Source: Saprospiraceae bacterium
GTDB lineage: Bacteria; Bacteroidota; Bacteroidia; Chitinophagales; Saprospiraceae
Length of the DNA stretch: 64,000 bases
Direction: 5' to 3'
NCBI GenBank assembly: GCA_043744455.1
Contig: JAYTUQ010000138.1
Span: 4,051-68,050 of the forward strand
Under the pieces are notes generated by a model. The model did not search any database and was not told the origin of the DNA. It saw only the letters and a program-made list of their open reading frames with translations. Numbering within the stretch: position 1 is the first letter of the stretch; each line of letters starts with the position of its first letter. The position numbers and the translations under genes are program-made. This document shows positions 1 to 9,970 of the stretch, piece by piece.

Positions 1-296
1 GCTGAAGCATTAATCCGTTTGCTGTGCATTTCGCAACGGAACAAAGCGGGCGTTCCGTCTTGCATTTTTGAAGCTTTCATACCTTCAAAAATGGATTGAC
101 CGTAATGGATTGCCATGTTCGCAGGGTGTAAAGTCAAATTGCCGAAAGGACGCACTTCGAGGTTTGTCCATTCGCCATTGATATAGTCAGCAACAAACAT
201 ATGGTCGCTGAATGTACGCCCAAAGGGAATATTGTTGAAATCTAAACTTGCCAAACGTGAGTTTTGAGTCAGATTTACATTAATTTTGTGATTCAT
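1..296 (-). CDS. ilvE: branched-chain amino acid aminotransferase, N-terminal part (gene continues beyond window start)
   Basis: Own translation of the minus strand from ATG at 296: MNHKINVNLTQNSRLASLDFNNIPFGRTFSDHMFVADYINGEWTNLEVRPFGNLTLHPANMAIHYGQSIFEGMKASK. The FSDHM and HYGQxxFEGxKA motifs are typical of IlvE. Not in the ORF track because it is open at the window edge. Confidence 0.75.
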   Translation of the reverse strand, partial: MNHKINVNLTQNSRLASLDFNNIPFGRTFSDHMFVADYINGEWTNLEVRPFGNLTLHPANMAIHYGQSIFEGMKASKMQDGTPALFRCEMHSKRINAS

Positions 297-555
297 AATA
301 GAATTATTTAAAATAATTTGGAAAGATTTGGTAGGCTGATTACGTATTAAGGCACGAATAATTGAATAAAAAAAATATAGAAAATAAATTAATTTTTGTT
401 CTTTTAACAAATTTCTATTTTTAAGATTAGATTTCCAAAAATTTCAAAGGAAATTTTCCTACTCATAAAACATTATTTGCTTCAAACCCCTTATTGTTAA
501 TATTTATTTTGACAACTTTATTTTGAATTTTAATTAAATAATCAAATTTTCTATT

Positions 556-993
556 TTGAATACTGCATTTTTCGATTACACAATTTACAAAATTTCAGAT
601 TTAACAAATTTTAATGAATCGCTCATGGGTGATAACCAACGGCGTATTTTAGTTGGTATTTTAGACGAACAACACAACGAACCAGAGACTTTTCTCCATA
701 AAATCATTAATTCTGCAAAACTCGATTTAGAAAAAGACTGTTTGATACTGAGGGGCATAGCTGAGTGTAATATGCCAACTTTTTCTCAAATCAAAAGTTT
801 TCATAAAATTGAAAAAGCCATTTTATTTGGTCTAACGGGCAAAGATTTAGGTTTGAACATCGAAACCCATTTGTACATCCCTTTTTCTTTTAATAATTGT
901 CAATTCATGTTTGCAGATAAATTATCTATTGTAGAAAATTCTGTCGAGCGAAAAAAGGCTTTGTGGTTGGGTTTGCAAATGCTTTTTTTGTAA
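556..993 (+). CDS. hypothetical protein (145 aa, TTG start)
   Basis: Isolated ORF with coding-like composition. No family recognised. Confidence 0.4.
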   Translation: MNTAFFDYTIYKISDLTNFNESLMGDNQRRILVGILDEQHNEPETFLHKIINSAKLDLEKDCLILRGIAECNMPTFSQIKSFHKIEKAILFGLTGKDLGLNIETHLYIPFSFNNCQFMFADKLSIVENSVERKKALWLGLQMLFL

Positions 994-997
994 TTGG

Positions 998-1606
998 TTA
1001 TTTGTAGCCCTCTTTCCACAGTTCAAAATAGGCATATTTGTCGGAATAGACATATTTTTCATCTTGTTGGTGCCATTTGAGACTGTGCATTAATTGTATA
1101 CTGGCTTCATTCTTTCTATCCGTATAAACCAACAACTTTATCTTATTTGAGTTATCAAATATAAATGTTGAAAAATGTGTAATAGCTTCACGTACAAAGC
1201 CTTGTCTTCTAAATTTTTCTCCTACTGCGTAGCCAATCGTGGCTTTTCGATTGGCACTACCGAACACTTGATTGGATAAATCGTGTAGATGAAAGACACC
1301 CGCATATTCCCCCGTCGTATTTAATCTCAAAAGCCAATCAAAAGCGGCATTTTTAATAGAAAAACGGCTGTATTCCATCATACAAGACACGTAATCCTCC
1401 ACTTCTTCTTGTATTTTAAACCGTTCGTCAACAAAAGGGTTTAAATCATTTTTAAAAATGTCAAATAATTGCAAACCATTTTCATAAGTCAAAGGCTCAA
1501 ACGTCAAATTTACTGAGGGGGGGATATCGGGCAAAAAGAAATGCTGCTGCATACTTTTTGTTCGTGCTTCTTTCCAAAAATTTTTTCTTTCTAAAGGCAT
1601 CTGCAA
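998..1606 (-). CDS. GNAT family N-acetyltransferase (RimJ/RimL-like)
   Basis: The segment IGYAVGEKFRRQGFVREAITHFSTFIFDNSNKIKLLVYTDRKNEASIQLMHSLKW resembles the acetyl-CoA binding core of Acetyltransf_3-type GNATs. Confidence 0.7.
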   Translation of the reverse strand: MQMPLERKNFWKEARTKSMQQHFFLPDIPPSVNLTFEPLTYENGLQLFDIFKNDLNPFVDERFKIQEEVEDYVSCMMEYSRFSIKNAAFDWLLRLNTTGEYAGVFHLHDLSNQVFGSANRKATIGYAVGEKFRRQGFVREAITHFSTFIFDNSNKIKLLVYTDRKNEASIQLMHSLKWHQQDEKYVYSDKYAYFELWKEGYK

Positions 1607-1664
1607 TGTGGATAAAGGACAATAATTAATTGATAATCAGATAGATACGGTGACAATCAACATC

Positions 1665-2240
1665 TTAATTTATACCCAAATCACATTCAACTTTAGATAA
1701 AAGCCATTTTCCATTCTCTTTTGTCAATTCATAAGAACGTTCAAATTCACCGTTCTCATCTTTGGCATAGAGTGTTGCTTTGGCATGTGTATCATCTGTT
1801 TTAACGACACGAACAGGCGATTTAGTCCACATAGCAATATCGCCATCTTGTGCACACAACATTTTGTCCGCATCCATACCTGATGGAATATCACCAATTT
1901 CTTCGTTTTGCCACAATTTCTCGCATTTTTTATAGAAACCCATCTCACCAGCGATAAATGATTCTGTTACAAAACCACTTTTCATAAACTCGCCAAGATA
2001 CTTTTTCAATGCAAGTTCATTGATTTTCAAATGTTTACCACTGTCATCTGTGATGTCAAATGCACGCGTTGTATCGCGTTGCATCGCGTCATACCACATA
2101 AAAAAACCATGAATGGTCGCTGCAATTTCCGTAGAATCATTGGATACTGAGGGGGGCATTTTTTCGGTTGCTGCCTTTGTTTTGTCTGCACAATTTGTCA
2201 AAATTAAAAAGCAGGCCGCCAAAAAGAATAAGTGCTTCAT
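1665..2240 (-). CDS. lipoprotein of unknown function
   Basis: N-terminus MKHLFFLAACFLILTNC is a lipoprotein signal peptide with a lipobox Cys. No overlapping competitor except a shadow ORF. Confidence 0.6.
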   Translation of the reverse strand: MKHLFFLAACFLILTNCADKTKAATEKMPPSVSNDSTEIAATIHGFFMWYDAMQRDTTRAFDITDDSGKHLKINELALKKYLGEFMKSGFVTESFIAGEMGFYKKCEKLWQNEEIGDIPSGMDADKMLCAQDGDIAMWTKSPVRVVKTDDTHAKATLYAKDENGEFERSYELTKENGKWLLSKVECDLGIN

Positions 2241-2389
2241 AAGTCAATATTTTATATTGTTGTTTGAAAAAAAGTTTTTAAAAGTATCGTTTTAATCGTC
2301 CAAAAATATACTACTAAATCTAAGCAGCCTAAGATTGGGTCATAAAAAACATTAAAATATTCTTTATTCGTTTTATAATGGTCAAAAAT

Positions 2390-3703
2390 TCAGTCTTTCG
2401 TTGAAAATACAGATTGTCCATTATTCACAACACCCCAAACCGACCCCCTCAGTAGCGCACCTATTAAAGGCGTGTTTTTAGACTTGGAACGAATGTCTTT
2501 TGCTTGAAAAGTCCATATGTCATCAACATTAAAAATGGTCAAATTGGCTTCTGCTCCCACCGAAATAGAAGGCATATCAAGTCCTAAAACTTGACGGGGT
2601 TGTATGGCTAAAAATCGAACTAAATCGCTGATTGTGAAAGTTTTGTTCAGATATTGATTGATTAAACCAAAAGTTGTTTCAAGACCGATTGCCCCAAAAT
2701 CAGCATACGGAAATTCCAAATTTTTCCCTTCTTCGGCAATGGGTGTGTGATTGGTGGATATAAAATCAATCGTTCCATCGGCTAAACCTGCTATAAGTGC
2801 TTGACGGTCAACATCTTCGCGCAAGGGCGGCATCACTTTAAAGTTGGTATCGAACCCCCTCAGTACCTCGTCCGTAAAACATAGATTTAAGACTGCAACA
2901 CTTGCGGTCACCTTCAAGCCGCGTTTTTTTGCGCTACGCACGCTGGCAACAGCACCCGCAGTTGAGATATTGTGAAAATGAAGACGTGAATCTGCATAAG
3001 CCAAAAGCGACAAATCACGCTGCACCATCAGCTCCTCTGCCATCGAAGGAATGCCAGATAAACCCAAAGACGTAGAGACTTCGCCTTCATGAATCTCGCC
3101 ATGTGGCGCAATCGTTTTGTCATTTGGCACATTAAAAATAAGACCATCAAAAATTTTGGCATATTGCATACCCCTCAGTAAAAGACTTGCATCTTGAACC
3201 GAATGCCCTCCATCACTAAAAGCAACGGCACCCACAGAACGCATGTCGAGCATTTCAGCCATATCTTTTCCTTGACAATCAACTGACAACGCACCAATCG
3301 GTTCAAAATCAACAAGATATGACTTTGTCCTATTTTTTATGTATAAAATTTCAGACTTAGAATGAATGGCTGGTTCTGTGTTTGGGAAAGGGGCAAGCAT
3401 CGTAAAACCGCCTGCCATCGCGGCATGAGAAACTGACTCGAGGTCTTCTCGATGCTCTAAACCAGGGTCGCCTATTTGTGTGCCTACATCACACCAACCA
3501 ATTGAAACACAAGCGTTTGGCTGTTCAAATACTTCTATTTCGCTTTCATCTTCAAGCGTAATAGAGGTATCAATTTTAAAAATTTTACCATTTTCGATTA
3601 AAATATCGCGGATTTGACCGTCAAGAAGCGGCTGATTGGGTGCGATGATGCAGATATTACGCAAAAGAAGTTGCGGCATAATAGGTGTCTTTTTGGGACG
3701 CAA
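2390..3703 (-). CDS. dihydroorotase-like amidohydrolase (possibly non-catalytic); likely true start at 3679 (MPQLLLRN)
   Basis: Class I DHOase-like layout: GDPGLEHREDLESVSHAAMAGGFT, FISTNHTP, GAIGLETTF. The usual HxH metal-ligand motif is replaced by GWCDVGTQ, and DHAPH by TNHTP. Confidence 0.75.
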   Translation of the reverse strand: MRPKKTPIMPQLLLRNICIIAPNQPLLDGQIRDILIENGKIFKIDTSITLEDESEIEVFEQPNACVSIGWCDVGTQIGDPGLEHREDLESVSHAAMAGGFTMLAPFPNTEPAIHSKSEILYIKNRTKSYLVDFEPIGALSVDCQGKDMAEMLDMRSVGAVAFSDGGHSVQDASLLLRGMQYAKIFDGLIFNVPNDKTIAPHGEIHEGEVSTSLGLSGIPSMAEELMVQRDLSLLAYADSRLHFHNISTAGAVASVRSAKKRGLKVTASVAVLNLCFTDEVLRGFDTNFKVMPPLREDVDRQALIAGLADGTIDFISTNHTPIAEEGKNLEFPYADFGAIGLETTFGLINQYLNKTFTISDLVRFLAIQPRQVLGLDMPSISVGAEANLTIFNVDDIWTFQAKDIRSKSKNTPLIGALLRGSVWGVVNNGQSVFSTKD

Positions 3704-3838
3704 AGTTAGTTTTTTTTAGAAAAAATTGTTTTATTCTTTCTCATGTCATGAACTCAGACAATAAACATTATTAATAACAACGGCTGAAACACATCATAGT
3801 GCATCAGCCGTTGTTCATATAAATCCTAATTTGGACGT

Positions 3839-4912
3839 TTAGATTCGTTTCAAAATCTCCTCTCCAATCGCATCAGTGCCCAAAATCATATTTTTAGGTG
3901 TGTTTGCGTCAGCGATATCGCCCGTTCTGAAACCTGCTTTGAGCACAGCATCAACGGCTGCAATTATCGCTTCCGATTCTTCTTTCATACCAAAAGAAAT
4001 ATCTAACAACAAAGCCGCAGACAAAACAGAAGCCATTGGATTGGCAATGCCCATGCCCGTAATATCGTGTGCCGAACCATGAATTGGTTCATAAACGCCT
4101 GTGCTATCCCCTACCGAAGCCGATGCCAACATACCCATAGAGCCAGCAATTTGAGAGGCTTCGTCCGTCAAAATATCGCCAAATAAGTTGCCTGTAACGA
4201 CCACATCGAAGCGGCGCGGGTCTTTAATCAACAACATAGCTGCGGAATCAACAAATTGATGTGTCAACTCAACATCTGGATAATCTTTAGCCACTTCTAG
4301 AACTGTTTCACGCCATAAACGACTGCTCTCCAACACATTAGCCTTGTCAACGGACATTAATTTGTTGCGGCGAGTACGTGCTGCTTCAAATGCGCGGCGA
4401 GTGATGCGCTCGACTTCATAGCGGTGATAACCTGCAATATCGTAAGCGTAAGTATTCTCTTCGTTACGCCCTTTTTCGCCAAAATAAATATCGCCAGTCA
4501 ATTCCCTGAAAAAGAGAATATCGGCACCCCTCAGTAATTCGGGCTTAATGCTCGATGCGTCTAAGAGTTCATCAAACAATTTGATTGGACGTAAATTGGC
4601 ATATAAACCCAATTCTTTACGCATTCTCAAAAGCCCTTGTTCAGGGCGCACTTTCGCTGTCGGGTCATTGTCATATTTTGGATGACCGACGGCGCCAAAC
4701 AAAATAGCGTCCGAAGCCCGCATTTTCGCCAATGATTCATCAGGCAACGGATTGCCCGTCGCTTCAATCGCTGCATGACCGATGAGGGCTTCGTCATAGA
4801 CGAATTCATGCCCAAATTTGGCGGCAATTTTGTCCAAAACCTTTTTGCCAACGGCAGTTACTTCCTGCCCAATACCGTCTCCTGGGACGATTAAGATGTT
4901 CTTTTTTGCCAT
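3839..4912 (-). CDS. leuB: 3-isopropylmalate dehydrogenase
   Basis: Full-length match in style to LeuB: ILIVPGDGIGQEV, LFGAVG, NLRP, GDILTDEASQIAGSMGMLASAS, YEPIHGSAHDI. Confidence 0.95.
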   Translation of the reverse strand: MAKKNILIVPGDGIGQEVTAVGKKVLDKIAAKFGHEFVYDEALIGHAAIEATGNPLPDESLAKMRASDAILFGAVGHPKYDNDPTAKVRPEQGLLRMRKELGLYANLRPIKLFDELLDASSIKPELLRGADILFFRELTGDIYFGEKGRNEENTYAYDIAGYHRYEVERITRRAFEAARTRRNKLMSVDKANVLESSRLWRETVLEVAKDYPDVELTHQFVDSAAMLLIKDPRRFDVVVTGNLFGDILTDEASQIAGSMGMLASASVGDSTGVYEPIHGSAHDITGMGIANPMASVLSAALLLDISFGMKEESEAIIAAVDAVLKAGFRTGDIADANTPKNMILGTDAIGEEILKRI

Positions 4913-4972
4913 AATTTTATTGAAAAATACTGATTATACTGAGGGGGTGTGTTTATGATAAAAAATTGATTT

Positions 4973-5971
4973 TTAAGTAAATTGATTTAAAATTTTAATA
5001 AAATCTTCTTTCGAAGGCAATACAAGTTCAAATTGACTCGCAAATATTTGAGTATTGTCTTCAGGCAAAGTATATTCAACAACCATATCACTTTTAAGGC
5101 GGCAAAGAACAATACCTATTGTCTTATTCTCGTCGGGTAAGCGCATTTCTCTATCATAATAATTGACATACATCTGCATTTGTCCAATATCTTTATGTTC
5201 GATTTCACCAATTTTCAAATCTACCAGAACAAAGGATTTCAGAATACGATTGTAGAAAACTAAGTCAATATGGAAGTGTTTTTCATCAATCGTAATTCGT
5301 TTTTGTCTTGCTACAAATGTAAAACCTTTACCTAATTCAAGTAAAAATGCTTCTAATTGTTCAATAATAGCCGTCTCAAGTTCAGACTCTGAATAGGCGT
5401 GATGTTCTTTCAAGCCTAAAAACTCTAAAATATAAGGATCTTTAATCAAATCTTTAGGCGACTCGATAACTTGTCCTTTCTTGCTCAGTTCTAAAACTCC
5501 TTTTTTGTCTCTGCTTAAAGCTAATCTTTGATAAAGTGCCGAATTAAACTGTCTTTTCAATTCATCAATACTCCAATTATTATGAGCGGTTTCTATTTCA
5601 TAAAAGCGTCTTTCATTTTCATCTTTCAAGCGCATCAAGAAAACGTAATGTGTCCATGAAATATGAACATTATGCAGTATATCCAATTGGTCAGTTGCCA
5701 ACTGACCAATTGGATATACTGTATAAAATTGACGCATTTGCTTCAAATTTGTAAGCGAAAAGCCCTTCCCAAACTCTCTCGTTAGCTCTGAACTAAGCTG
5801 TTTCATCATTTCAGAAGCATATTTTGCTCGCTTTTGCCCATGTTGTTCTTCTACAACAATTCGCTTCCCAATATGCCAATATGTAACTACCATCGTTCTA
5901 TTAACATTTCGCTGCACAGATTTTCGGGCTTCGATAATGAGTTTTCTTATATCTTCCAGTATTTGTTGCAT
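4973..5971 (-). CDS. YhcG-like PD-(D/E)XK nuclease domain protein (DUF1016 family)
   Basis: The N-terminus IEARKSVQRNVNRTMVVTYWHIGKRIVVEEQHGQKRAKYASEMMKQLSSELTREFGKGFSLTNLKQMRQFY is typical of DUF1016. The C-terminal segment IDLVFYNRILKSFVLVDLKIGE fits a D..(D/E)xK nuclease core. Confidence 0.75.
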   Translation of the reverse strand: MQQILEDIRKLIIEARKSVQRNVNRTMVVTYWHIGKRIVVEEQHGQKRAKYASEMMKQLSSELTREFGKGFSLTNLKQMRQFYTVYPIGQLATDQLDILHNVHISWTHYVFLMRLKDENERRFYEIETAHNNWSIDELKRQFNSALYQRLALSRDKKGVLELSKKGQVIESPKDLIKDPYILEFLGLKEHHAYSESELETAIIEQLEAFLLELGKGFTFVARQKRITIDEKHFHIDLVFYNRILKSFVLVDLKIGEIEHKDIGQMQMYVNYYDREMRLPDENKTIGIVLCRLKSDMVVEYTLPEDNTQIFASQFELVLPSKEDFIKILNQFT

Positions 5972-5997
5972 CGTTTTCTCAAATTATATGATTATCT

Positions 5998-6096
5998 CTA
6001 ATTTATGGTCGAAATAAGCGTTGCATCATAGCCTTGACTCGCCAAATAATGTCCAACTTTATTACCGACACCCACATCCAGAATTAATTTTAGCAT
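5998..6096 (-). pseudogene. truncated DUF5615/Mut7-C-like putative toxin remnant (32 codons)
   Basis: Own translation MLKLILDVGVGNKVGHYLASQGYDATLISTIN* sits 3 nt downstream of the DUF433 gene. It looks like only the N-terminal third of the PIN-like partner that normally follows DUF433. Confidence 0.4.
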
Positions 6097-6099
6097 TGA

Positions 6100-6348
6100 T
6101 TAAGCGGCGTTTGCAAAAACTTTTTTTGATGCCACTAATTCGGCAGCATACAACATAGATGCTTGAATATCAGCATATTCCAAGAAAGGGTAATCTTCTT
6201 TCAATTGCTCAAAAGTTAACCCTGCTGCTAATGCTTTGAGGACATGCTCAACAGTCAATCGCATGGTTCGGATAGTTGGCTTACCCGTCATAATGTTTGG
6301 ATTTACGGTAATGCGTTCTAATAATATCGCGTGTTCTGTATCTTTCAT
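6100..6348 (-). CDS. DUF433 domain protein (putative antitoxin-like)
   Basis: ITVNPNIMTGKPTIRTMRLTVEHVLKALAAGLTFEQLKEDYPFLEYADIQASMLYAAE matches the DUF433 pattern (GKP.I.GTR..V..vl). Confidence 0.7.
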   Translation of the reverse strand: MKDTEHAILLERITVNPNIMTGKPTIRTMRLTVEHVLKALAAGLTFEQLKEDYPFLEYADIQASMLYAAELVASKKVFANAA

Positions 6349-6448
6349 TGTCGTAAGTTTTTACAAAAAAAACGTTTTTTAATCAAAAAGCTAAAATATA
6401 CTGAGGGGGTGCTTCAAACCGCTGCAAAATTTCTTGAAAATAGGGTAT

Positions 6449-7615
6449 TTAGTTTAATGTGGGAAAAATAGTTTTTAAAAATTCATTCAAACTACAAACC
6501 AACGTTCCATCTGCTTTGGGAAATGTATCCGTTTCTTTGACAATAATAAACTTGTCTTTAGCTTTTAAATCTGCTGCACTGTTGTAAAAACCAATGCTTA
6601 CTTTTGTTGAGACTGAAATTTTGACTTCAACAATATAAATATTTCCTAATGGGCTTTGTAAAACCAAATCGGCTTCTGATCCTGTATGTGTTCGGTAAAA
6701 CGAAAATTGCCAACGTTCAGGTGCAGCGCGCTTAATTTGTTCGATAACATAACCTTCCCAAGATGCCCCAAAATGCCGATGTCCAAATAATTGTTCAAAA
6801 CTGTTAATGCCACTTAAAGCATGAAAAATACCAGAATCGCGGAAATAAAATTTAGGTGCTTTGACCAATCGTTTCCCAATATTTATGTAATATGGAGACA
6901 ACCGATAAATGAGAAAACTGCCTTCTAAAATATCTAAATAACGGGTTAAAGTCGGTGCTGAAATACCTAATGAACGGCTTATATCACTGATATTCAATAA
7001 GTTACCATGAAAATTAGTCAACATCTGTAAAGTACGTCGCATCATTTCAGGCGCAATTTCATAGCCTAAAATACGCAAATCACGCTCTAAAAAAGTATTA
7101 ATAAAATTATCTATCCATCGCCAAACAATGTTTTCATTGTCCATCAAAAGGGGTTCAGGAAAGCCTCCGCGTAACCAATGTTGCTCAAGAGATAAATTAG
7201 TTGGTAATTCCCTCAATGAGATAGGTGTTAGTTCAGAATAAGCAATGCGCCCTGCCAAAGATTCTGAACTGTCGCGCAAAACATTAGGCGAAGCTGAGCC
7301 CAAAATCAAGAACCGTCCTGCGTGCCGATTTTCATCTACTAAGGCACGCAACAAAGGAAAAAGGCGTGGTAATCGTTGAATTTCATCAATAACAACCAAT
7401 TTGTCTTGATGAAAACGCAAGTATGTTTCTGCTTCCGTTAAACGTTGTAAATCACTGTCTAACTCTAAATCAAGTTGTACAAAAGGCTTGTTATAATCAA
7501 GAAGTAACGTATTTGCAAGCGTTGTTTTACCGACCTGTCGAGGACCTACGATGCCTGTAACAGGAAAGTAATTCAGATTTTCAAGTACAGTTTGGCTTAA
7601 TTCACGTTTTATCAT
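6449..7615 (-). CDS. AAA family ATPase with DUF4143 C-terminal domain
   Basis: Walker A is GPRQVGKTT and Walker B-like is LVVIDEIQ. The overall layout is the AAA_14 + DUF4143 type common in Bacteroidota. Confidence 0.8.
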   Translation of the reverse strand: MIKRELSQTVLENLNYFPVTGIVGPRQVGKTTLANTLLLDYNKPFVQLDLELDSDLQRLTEAETYLRFHQDKLVVIDEIQRLPRLFPLLRALVDENRHAGRFLILGSASPNVLRDSSESLAGRIAYSELTPISLRELPTNLSLEQHWLRGGFPEPLLMDNENIVWRWIDNFINTFLERDLRILGYEIAPEMMRRTLQMLTNFHGNLLNISDISRSLGISAPTLTRYLDILEGSFLIYRLSPYYINIGKRLVKAPKFYFRDSGIFHALSGINSFEQLFGHRHFGASWEGYVIEQIKRAAPERWQFSFYRTHTGSEADLVLQSPLGNIYIVEVKISVSTKVSIGFYNSAADLKAKDKFIIVKETDTFPKADGTLVCSLNEFLKTIFPTLN

Positions 7616-7698
7616 AGCGCAAAAATACTATTTACCTTGAAAATTAAAAAGGTAATTTTAGAATTTTCATGGTTTTCGTAAAAATACTGAGGGGGGTC

Positions 7699-9219
7699 TC
7701 AAATCAAATTCAGCATCTTCTGTGTCGCTTGTATCGCTGAAACCGTTTGGTCAGAATCTAAGCCCCGCGTTTTAAATTCCTTGCCGTTGTATTGCCACGT
7801 TATAATCGTTTCGCATAATGCGTCCGTTTTACCGCCCGGTGGTATCCTAACATGATAATCGCTCAATTGTGGCAAAGCTATTTTCTTTTTTAGCAAAATA
7901 ATTTTCAAGGCATTCATAAACGCATCGTATTGCCCATCGCCTTGTGCGATTTCTTCAAACGTTTGATTTTCAATACTTAACAGTAACGTAGCCGACGGTT
8001 TTAAATCTTTGGAATGTGTCAATACATAATTTAAAATCTTTATTTTTTCTTCAACAATGCTGCTACTGTCAATGACGTCTGAAATGATGTAGGGTAAGTC
8101 CTCGCGTGTCACCATCTCCTTTTTGTCACCGAGTTGAATGATGCGTTGCGTTACTTTTTTCAAGTCCGCATCTGATAGACGGATACCGAGTTCTTGAAGA
8201 TTTTTTTCAATATTAGCCTTACCCGATGTTTTGCCCAAAGCATATTTGCGCTTGCGTCCAAAACGTTCGGGCATCAAGTCATTGAAATATAGATTTTTCT
8301 TATTATCGCCGTCTGCATGAATACCCGCCGTTTGTGTAAAAACATTTTCGCCAACAATTGGTTTGTTAACAGGGATATGAAAACCTGAAAACGTTTCAAC
8401 GATTTTACTGACTGAATACAAGGATTTTTCAACCACAGCCGTCCTAAATTCGGGCATACAGTCATTGATAACCGCGATTGCACTCGCCAAAGGCGCATTG
8501 CCGCAACGTTCGCCCATGCCATTGACGGTCAAATGCAAGCCATGTGCACCTGCACGCAAGGCTTCCATAACATTAGCAATGCTTAGGTCATAATCGTTGT
8601 GTGCATGAAAATCGAAATGCGTATTTGGGTAACGCTCAATGATAGGCTTAATGAATTCATAAGTTTCTTTGGGTGTCAAAATGCCTAAAGTATCAGGCAA
8701 AAGTACCCGTTTTATGGGCTGTTTTGTCAAAAAATCAAGAAATTGATACACATACTGAGGGGAGTTTCTCATGCCGTTGCTCCAATCTTCGAGGTAAACA
8801 TTGGCATCAATGCCTTTGTTTTTTGCCAACGCAATGACTTTTTCAATCTCACTAAAATGTTCTTCGGGCGTTTTGCGCAGTTGATGCGTCAGGTGATTCA
8901 TGGAGCCTTTGGTCAACAAATTCATCACTTTTGCACCCGCTTCGAGCATCCAATTGATAGACGATTCGCCGTCCACAAAGGTCAAAACCTCGACTTTATC
9001 CAAAAAACCGTTCGCTTTTGCCCAGTGTGTAATCTTTTTGACCGCTTCCAATTCGCCATCAGACACACGGGCAGAGGCGACTTCGATTCTATCAACTTTG
9101 ACTTCTTGCAATAAAATTTGAGCAATCGTCAGTTTTTCCGTAGCTGAAAATGACACGCCAGAGGTTTGTTCGCCGTCTCGGAGCGTGGTATCCATTATTT
9201 CGATGTATTTTTTCCGCAT
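7699..9219 (-). CDS. leuA: 2-isopropylmalate synthase / citramalate synthase family
   Basis: IMDTTLRDGEQTSGVSF, HAHNDYDLSIANV and a C-terminal LeuA-dimer-like regulatory domain. It lies between leuD and leuB. Confidence 0.85.
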   Translation of the reverse strand: MRKKYIEIMDTTLRDGEQTSGVSFSATEKLTIAQILLQEVKVDRIEVASARVSDGELEAVKKITHWAKANGFLDKVEVLTFVDGESSINWMLEAGAKVMNLLTKGSMNHLTHQLRKTPEEHFSEIEKVIALAKNKGIDANVYLEDWSNGMRNSPQYVYQFLDFLTKQPIKRVLLPDTLGILTPKETYEFIKPIIERYPNTHFDFHAHNDYDLSIANVMEALRAGAHGLHLTVNGMGERCGNAPLASAIAVINDCMPEFRTAVVEKSLYSVSKIVETFSGFHIPVNKPIVGENVFTQTAGIHADGDNKKNLYFNDLMPERFGRKRKYALGKTSGKANIEKNLQELGIRLSDADLKKVTQRIIQLGDKKEMVTREDLPYIISDVIDSSSIVEEKIKILNYVLTHSKDLKPSATLLLSIENQTFEEIAQGDGQYDAFMNALKIILLKKKIALPQLSDYHVRIPPGGKTDALCETIITWQYNGKEFKTRGLDSDQTVSAIQATQKMLNLI

Positions 9220-9274
9220 CTTAAATCTTAAATTTCCCGAAGAATCATTTATATTTGTTTAAAATTGAAAAAAA

Positions 9275-9847
9275 ATGACACAACAATTTCAACTTTCAAC
9301 AGATAATTTGACTGATAGCTTTTGGTTAGCTTTAAAAGAAAAATTTCCTCATGCTCATTTAGATATTCGTATTAGTTCGCCCAAAAATTTTGACGGTATG
9401 ACCGAAAAAGACTTTTGGACTATTATTTCTTTATTCAATTGGGCAAATGAAGAGAATGACGATTTGGTATTAGAAAAAGCAATAATTGAATTAGCTTCTA
9501 AACCTTTGCGCTGTATTTATGAATTTCAAGACATACTTTCTGAAAAACTTTACGATTTAGATACGCGCTTACACGCTTCGCATACTGGCGAAAATGCATG
9601 GCTCGATAATGACAGCGATTTTTCAGCCGATGAGTTTTTGTATGCTCGTTGCTGTGTTGTCGCTAATGGTAAAGCTTTTTATCAAAAAGTGCTAAATAAC
9701 GCAGAGTTGATGCCTCAAAACCTTAGTTTTGAAGCCATCTTGACCTTGGCTCATCGCGCTTATCACTTAAAAACTGGTAAACAATTTCGCTATGTTCCTG
9801 CCTATAGTATTGAAACTTTTTCAAATAAAAAAGGCTGGGAAAACTAA
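9275..9847 (+). CDS. DUF4240-like protein
   Basis: The segments DFWTIISLFNW and FLYARCCVVANGKAFYQKVL resemble DUF4240 family members. It is the only plus-strand gene inside the leu cluster. Confidence 0.55.
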   Translation: MTQQFQLSTDNLTDSFWLALKEKFPHAHLDIRISSPKNFDGMTEKDFWTIISLFNWANEENDDLVLEKAIIELASKPLRCIYEFQDILSEKLYDLDTRLHASHTGENAWLDNDSDFSADEFLYARCCVVANGKAFYQKVLNNAELMPQNLSFEAILTLAHRAYHLKTGKQFRYVPAYSIETFSNKKGWEN

Positions 9848-9970
9848 AACTTAAAACCCACTTTATGCCACACGGCAATTCTTTCAAAAATAATAAACCT
9901 CATTCGCCTTTTCAAAGAAACAACTGGTCATCGTCCCAAAGGTAATTTGGTAGATTAAATACTGAGGGGG

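Noticed and set aside
8743-9114. Antisense ORFs inside real genes, including 8743-9114, 11187-11765, 13147-13560, 23598-24116, 28545-28868, 47908-48471 and 50212-50613
   Set aside because: Each lies fully within a longer opposite-strand gene with clear family motifs (leuA, leuC, amine oxidase, mod, hydrolase, GTPase, DUF1345). Their translations are low-complexity or mirror-image artefacts, for example the Ala-rich 47908-48471 ORF opposite the Ala/Gly-rich GTPase tail.
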